A DNA stretch of 40,722 nt, taken from assembly GCA_902785765.1 (NCBI GenBank), contig CACZZU010000014.1, positions 1 to 40,722 of the forward strand. Reading direction: 5' to 3'. Below the pieces are notes generated by a model. It was not told the DNA's origin and made no database searches. It was given only the letters and a program-made list of their open reading frames with translations. The stretch is from an uncultured Ruminococcus sp. (GTDB taxonomy: Bacteria > Bacillota > Clostridia > Oscillospirales > Acutalibacteraceae). Each line of letters opens with the position of its first letter. Position 1 is the first letter of the stretch. Made by a program: the position numbers and the translations under genes. Positions 37,377-40,722 of this stretch are shown here, piece by piece.

Positions 37377-37916
37377 ATGAAGTATAACATCGTAGGCAGA
37401 AAGGTCAACTTGAGAGATAACTTCAAGGAGCGTGTCGAGAAAAAGCTCGGTAAGTTCGAGAAGATCTATTCCGAAGAGGCCGAAGCTACTGTTACCGTAA
37501 CACTTGAAAAGAACAGACAGACCGTTGAGGTAACTATCCGTGACGGTTCTATGGTATATCGTGCCGAGAGCACAGCCTTGGAAATGAACGACGCACTCGA
37601 TGCGGTCGTGGATATTCTCGGCGGACAGATTCGTAAGAACAAGACCAAGCTCAGCAAGAAGATGAAGGCTGATTCGCTGGAACAGTATTTGATGGAGTTC
37701 AATGCTTCGGACGAAGACGCTATGCTGGACGAGGACTATTCCGTTGTGCGTACCAAGACGATTTCTGTCAAGCCGCTCAGCGTAGAAGAAGCTATTTTGC
37801 AGATGAACCTCATCGGACACGAGTTCTTTATGTTCCTGAACAGCAGCACCAATGCGGTGAACGTGGTCTATAAGCGTAAGGGCAACACCTACGGCTTGTT
37901 GGAGCCGGAATTCTGA
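37377..37916 (+). CDS. hpf: Ribosome hibernation promoting factor, long form
   Basis: MKYNIVGRKVNLRDNFKERVEKKLGKFEKIY... is the RaiA/HPF N-domain. The C-terminal dimerisation domain reads KPLSVEEAILQMNLIGHEFFMFLN....VNVVYKRKGNTYGLLEP. Confidence 0.92.
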   Translation: MKYNIVGRKVNLRDNFKERVEKKLGKFEKIYSEEAEATVTVTLEKNRQTVEVTIRDGSMVYRAESTALEMNDALDAVVDILGGQIRKNKTKLSKKMKADSLEQYLMEFNASDEDAMLDEDYSVVRTKTISVKPLSVEEAILQMNLIGHEFFMFLNSSTNAVNVVYKRKGNTYGLLEPEF

Positions 37917-37949
37917 TCAGCGTGTGGGAAGGGAGAGGAAGCGTGTACC

Positions 37950-38183
37950 ATGAAGAAATGTAAGGTCATCAACATCCATGACGGTTCGCCAAAAGTGCTG
38001 ACGAACCGTGACCATCTGTGTATGGAAGAATATACCCGTGTGGAAGAAATTCTGGAGGGCTACTTTCAGCAGGGCTATCATCTAGTGCACATCGTTCCTA
38101 CCTATACCCCCAATATACAAGAAAAGGGTACCTATGCCTTCTACAACAACGGCTACACCGTCTACCTCGAAAAAGACGAATGA
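37950..38183 (+). CDS. Small hypothetical protein (77 aa), possibly DUF4177-like
   Basis: Good RBS (GGGAGAGGAAG). Lies 33 nt after hpf and is followed by a strong terminator. The family call is tentative and rests on the pattern EEILEGYFQQGYHLVHIVP...GYTVYLEK. Confidence 0.5.
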   Translation: MKKCKVINIHDGSPKVLTNRDHLCMEEYTRVEEILEGYFQQGYHLVHIVPTYTPNIQEKGTYAFYNNGYTVYLEKDE

Positions 38184-38287
38184 CCGATGCGTGAATGTGC
38201 TTGAGTAGAACGTACTGTTTGTGTGTTCTTATCCGTGACATACCACAGACGCTTCCCTTTGCTTTTTTTCCTATCCTTCTTTCATAC

Positions 38288-38321
38288 AAAAACGCCGATT
38301 CGTTTGTGAATCGGCGTTTTT
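38288..38321. terminator. Bidirectional Rho-independent terminator
   Basis: Stem AAAAACGCCGATTC / GAATCGGCGTTTTT, with an A tract on one side and a T tract on the other. It lies between convergent transcription units. Confidence 0.85.
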
Positions 38322-38582
38322 GTTGTACTGGTATCACACAGCTATCAGCGGCGGACGGTTCTTAATAGACCTATTCGGTAACCGTGTGTTTCTCCGAACG
38401 GCTGAACGGGAATCCCCGCAGAAACCTTCACTTTGTCTGAAATGACTGGAACAACATACGGCTGTTTTCCGGTGTTATCGAACAGGTCTTATGAATCGAC
38501 AGCGTTCCCGCCAAGGGTCAGAAAACGTGATGAGGAAGAAAAGTGGTGGGTTTGCAGAGCACCTGCCCAGTACCGCTGTGGT

Positions 38583-38996
38583 TTACGGATCATCGCTTCC
38601 GACCAACTTCTTCTTCCGTTTAGCCGTCTCGATCTCAAAGCCGTAGCCGCTGCCGTCCCAAGCGTTGACATGAAAGCGGCCGTCTGCCTGTTGGGACAAA
38701 CTTTCCCGTCCGGCTTTGAGGTAACATTCCAGCACACCGCTGATTTTTTTAGGCGAAGGCACAAAGACCTTGCCGGTTTTCTTTTTGACGAGTTGTAAGC
38801 GGTTGAAGAAGGTCTGTATATCCTCTGCGGAGAAATCTGTGATACCGTAGTAAACGAACACCTCTACGGTGCTTTTGATGAGACTAAAGCTCTGCATATT
38901 GCTGTAATCCACAAACGCATCGGGCGATTTGTAGAAGTAGTTGACCTCTGCAAAATTGATCTTCGCCAATACGTCTTTCGCCGGTATGTCACTCAC
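38583..38996 (-). CDS. Hypothetical protein (137 aa), translationally coupled to the upstream DUF4364-like gene
   Basis: Its ATG overlaps the stop of the upstream gene (ATGA-type 4-nt overlap at 38993-38996). I recognise no family. Confidence 0.6.
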   Translation of the reverse strand: MSDIPAKDVLAKINFAEVNYFYKSPDAFVDYSNMQSFSLIKSTVEVFVYYGITDFSAEDIQTFFNRLQLVKKKTGKVFVPSPKKISGVLECYLKAGRESLSQQADGRFHVNAWDGSGYGFEIETAKRKKKLVGSDDP

Positions 38997-39586
38997 GATA
39001 ACAGCACCTCCCGTGCTTTTTGCAGCATATCCTTCTCACCGACAGCCGCAGCCAGCATGATCGCATAGAGTCGTTCGGGGTTTTTGTGGAACGTCTCCTT
39101 CACGGTGTTGGCTTCCTCTATATCGGGCACGAACAGCGTCAGGGACATCAGATCCCGCAGACCATCCGTGACACGCAGGTTGACTTGATACCCACCGTCT
39201 TTTTCCCGTGTAATGGTGACAGGGTTCTCCTGTTCGATCTTTCGTTTCTTGAGACAATGGTCGATAGCGTCAGTGGCCTTCTGCCGTGTTGTCAGCGAAA
39301 GTGTTTCGTGGAGCTGCACGGCGATGAGCTGACCATTTTTTGTTAGCGAAAGCTGTGGGTGTTTGTCGCCGACCTCCGTCACATTGTTGTTTTTCACTAA
39401 CTCTGCGATGGCGTTGACCGTCTCGAAGTAGTTGGCCAAGCCGTATTCTTGAAACAGCTCGATCAAGTCGTCCTTCGCAAACGGCTTGCCGACATAGTTC
39501 AGCAGATAGCAGATCAGAACACCGATTTCGGTGCGGTTTCGCAGTCCGCCGGGTTCGATTCCTTCTGTAAAAGCATCAAAGTCCAT
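38993..39586 (-). CDS. DUF4364-like protein (probable winged-helix N-terminal domain)
   Basis: ATG at 39586 lies 5 nt after GAGGTG. The longer ORF-track start at 39613 would translate the upstream palindrome. The pattern RNRTEIGVLICYLLNYVGKPFAKDDLIELFQEYGLANYFETVNAIAELVKNNNV resembles the Clostridial DUF4364 family. Confidence 0.6.
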   Translation of the reverse strand: MDFDAFTEGIEPGGLRNRTEIGVLICYLLNYVGKPFAKDDLIELFQEYGLANYFETVNAIAELVKNNNVTEVGDKHPQLSLTKNGQLIAVQLHETLSLTTRQKATDAIDHCLKKRKIEQENPVTITREKDGGYQVNLRVTDGLRDLMSLTLFVPDIEEANTVKETFHKNPERLYAIMLAAAVGEKDMLQKAREVLLS

Positions 39587-39603
39587 AAAATCACCTCGGA
39601 AAC

Positions 39604-39625
39604 GCCGCCGCAAGCTTGCGGCGGC
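39604..39625. promoter_or_regulatory. Perfect 22-bp GC-rich palindrome immediately upstream of the DUF4364-like gene
   Basis: GCCGCCGCAAGCTTGCGGCGGC is its own reverse complement. It lies 18-39 nt upstream of the ATG on the minus strand. Confidence 0.5.
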
Positions 39626-39774
39626 TCAATGAATCGTGAAGCGTGAGGAACCATCGTATCCAGAAGCACCTTTTCGACAAAAAGCCAGAGGGTGCGGCAG
39701 GGGAGAAGCGTGTGGGGGTTGGGTCAGAAACGGCAGGGACTCCTCCTGATTCCTTGATGGGGGATTGCTTTTTG

Positions 39775-39803
39775 GGCGGGGATAGATTACAATGAGAGGA
39801 GAG
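39775..39803 (+). promoter_or_regulatory. Promoter of the HAD hydrolase gene
   Basis: TTGCTT (39775-39780), 17-nt spacer, TACAAT (39798-39803). Confidence 0.6.
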
Positions 39804-39834
39804 GATCCAACCAAACCAAAGGAGAGATGACGAG

Positions 39835-40590
39835 ATGTACAAGAACTATATCTTCGACCTGTACGGCACGTTGGTGGATATTCATACCAACGAACAGAAG
39901 CACAGCCTGTGGAAAAATATGGCGATGCTGTACTCCATGAGCGGGGCGGTTTATACACCGACCGAACTGAAAAAAAGCTACTATCGTTTGCTGAAAGAGC
40001 AGATCGCCCTTGTGCCGAAAGAGCGGTACACGACCCATCCCGAACCGCAGATACGCTATGTGTTCCAGCAAATGATGACCGAAAAGGGCGTACCTTGTGA
40101 CGAAACCACCGCCGATATGCTGGGCAGGACGTTCCGTGCCTTGTCCCTTCAATACGTCCGGCTCTACCCGGGGGTACATGAGCTGTTTGAAGCCATTCAT
40201 GCTCACGGCGGCAAAGCGTATCTGCTCTCGAACGCCCAACGCATTTTTACCGAACCGGAAATCCGTATGCTGGGTATCTATGATGCGTTTGAGGACGTGA
40301 TGATTTCTTCGGACGAAGGATGTGCCAAGCCTGACCGCCGCTTTTATGAGTGTCTGCTGAAAAAGCACCGCCTCAAGCCGGAGGAGTCTATTATGATCGG
40401 CAACGACTGCACCACGGATATTTGGGGTGCTCATCAAGCCGGGTTGTCTTCGCTGTATCTTCACACGAATATTTCGCCGGAGATCAAAGGGGAACTGTTG
40501 GCGGACTATGCCATTATGAGCGGCAGTATTTTTGAAGCCATCGCTGTCCTGTTTCCCGATACTGCTGTGCTTCCGGACACAAACGCCTGA
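39835..40590 (+). CDS. HAD-superfamily hydrolase (haloacid-dehalogenase-type subfamily)
   Basis: Motif I IFDLYGTLVD, motif II LLSNA, motif III AKPD, motif IV MIGNDCTTDIWGA. Confidence 0.85.
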   Translation: MYKNYIFDLYGTLVDIHTNEQKHSLWKNMAMLYSMSGAVYTPTELKKSYYRLLKEQIALVPKERYTTHPEPQIRYVFQQMMTEKGVPCDETTADMLGRTFRALSLQYVRLYPGVHELFEAIHAHGGKAYLLSNAQRIFTEPEIRMLGIYDAFEDVMISSDEGCAKPDRRFYECLLKKHRLKPEESIMIGNDCTTDIWGAHQAGLSSLYLHTNISPEIKGELLADYAIMSGSIFEAIAVLFPDTAVLPDTNA

Positions 40591-40625
40591 CGGTCGTCCA
40601 GTGACCGAGTACACGGCAATCGACT

Positions 40626-40722
40626 GTGAACTACCCATTGTCTAAAGCCAATGGGCTTCCTGCTTCATCGTCCTCGTAACCTACTAACTCCACAGGCGTA
40701 AATTCGGGCTGAACCGTCCCTA
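40626..40722 (-). repeat. Inverted partner of the 30444-30504 repeat (contains hairpin motif copy 3 at 40634-40655 and a 36-nt extra segment); truncated by the window end
   Basis: The reverse complement of 40626-40672 equals 30458-30504 (47 nt). The reverse complement of 40709-40722 equals 30444-30457 (14 nt). Segment 40673-40708 is present only in this copy. Confidence 0.8.

Noticed and set aside
38433-38798. 121-codon plus-strand ORF (and the 91-codon minus-strand ORF 38489-38764) spanning the end of the 137-aa gene
   Set aside because: Both overlap the better-supported minus-strand gene, have no RBS, and give an implausible sequence.
39551-39562. GGGTTCGATTCC, a T-arm/T-loop-like string suggesting a tRNA
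   Set aside because: It lies inside the DUF4364-like coding sequence. The following bases do not complete a T stem, and no cloverleaf can be built.

Overview
This window is an almost entirely plus-strand chromosomal core region with Firmicutes/Clostridia-type gene order. I did not compute GC content or run any searches.

Gene order:
- rnfA (3' end) and rnfB.
- A three-gene membrane stress module: XpaC-like, membrane-anchored solute-binding/vWA protein, TelA.
- A Bce-like ABC exporter (ATPase plus a 944-aa double-FtsX permease) followed by an OmpR-type regulator and a histidine kinase.
- A surface-anchored S41 peptidase, then DUF951 and prfA, then a membrane protein.
- rpsL-rpsG-fusA-tuf.
- recJ-relA-dtd-MBL hydrolase-hemZ-like radical SAM-uridine-kinase-like.
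- A zinc-ribbon protein.
- The conserved sporulation/division block: spoVB/murJ-like flippase, mazG, hbs, yabO, yabP, yabQ, divIC, yabR.
- An amidohydrolase, then hpf plus a small ORF.
- A minus-strand two-gene operon (DUF4364-like plus an unknown protein), then a HAD hydrolase.

I see no rRNA, tRNA, CRISPR array, transposase, reverse transcriptase, Cas gene or recognisable defence gene. I cannot point to a convincing new multi-gene system.

The most unusual signals are non-coding or degenerative:
1. A MITE-like element in two copies (8943-9078 and 29510-29743). It has 12-bp terminal inverted repeats and target-site-duplication-like flanks. One copy carries a nested 99-nt structured insert.
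2. A hairpin motif with a conserved 8-nt loop (GCTTTAGA) and a covarying 7-bp stem. It sits inside a 61-nt repeat whose inverted partner lies at the right window edge.
3. Two conserved genes that look broken: an hbs/HU gene lacking its DNA-binding arm, and a frameshifted dtd.
4. The XpaC-like/solute-binding-vWA/TelA triad, which is the best protein-level candidate for an under-characterised system.

All family assignments come from motif recognition by eye and need HMM or BLAST confirmation.
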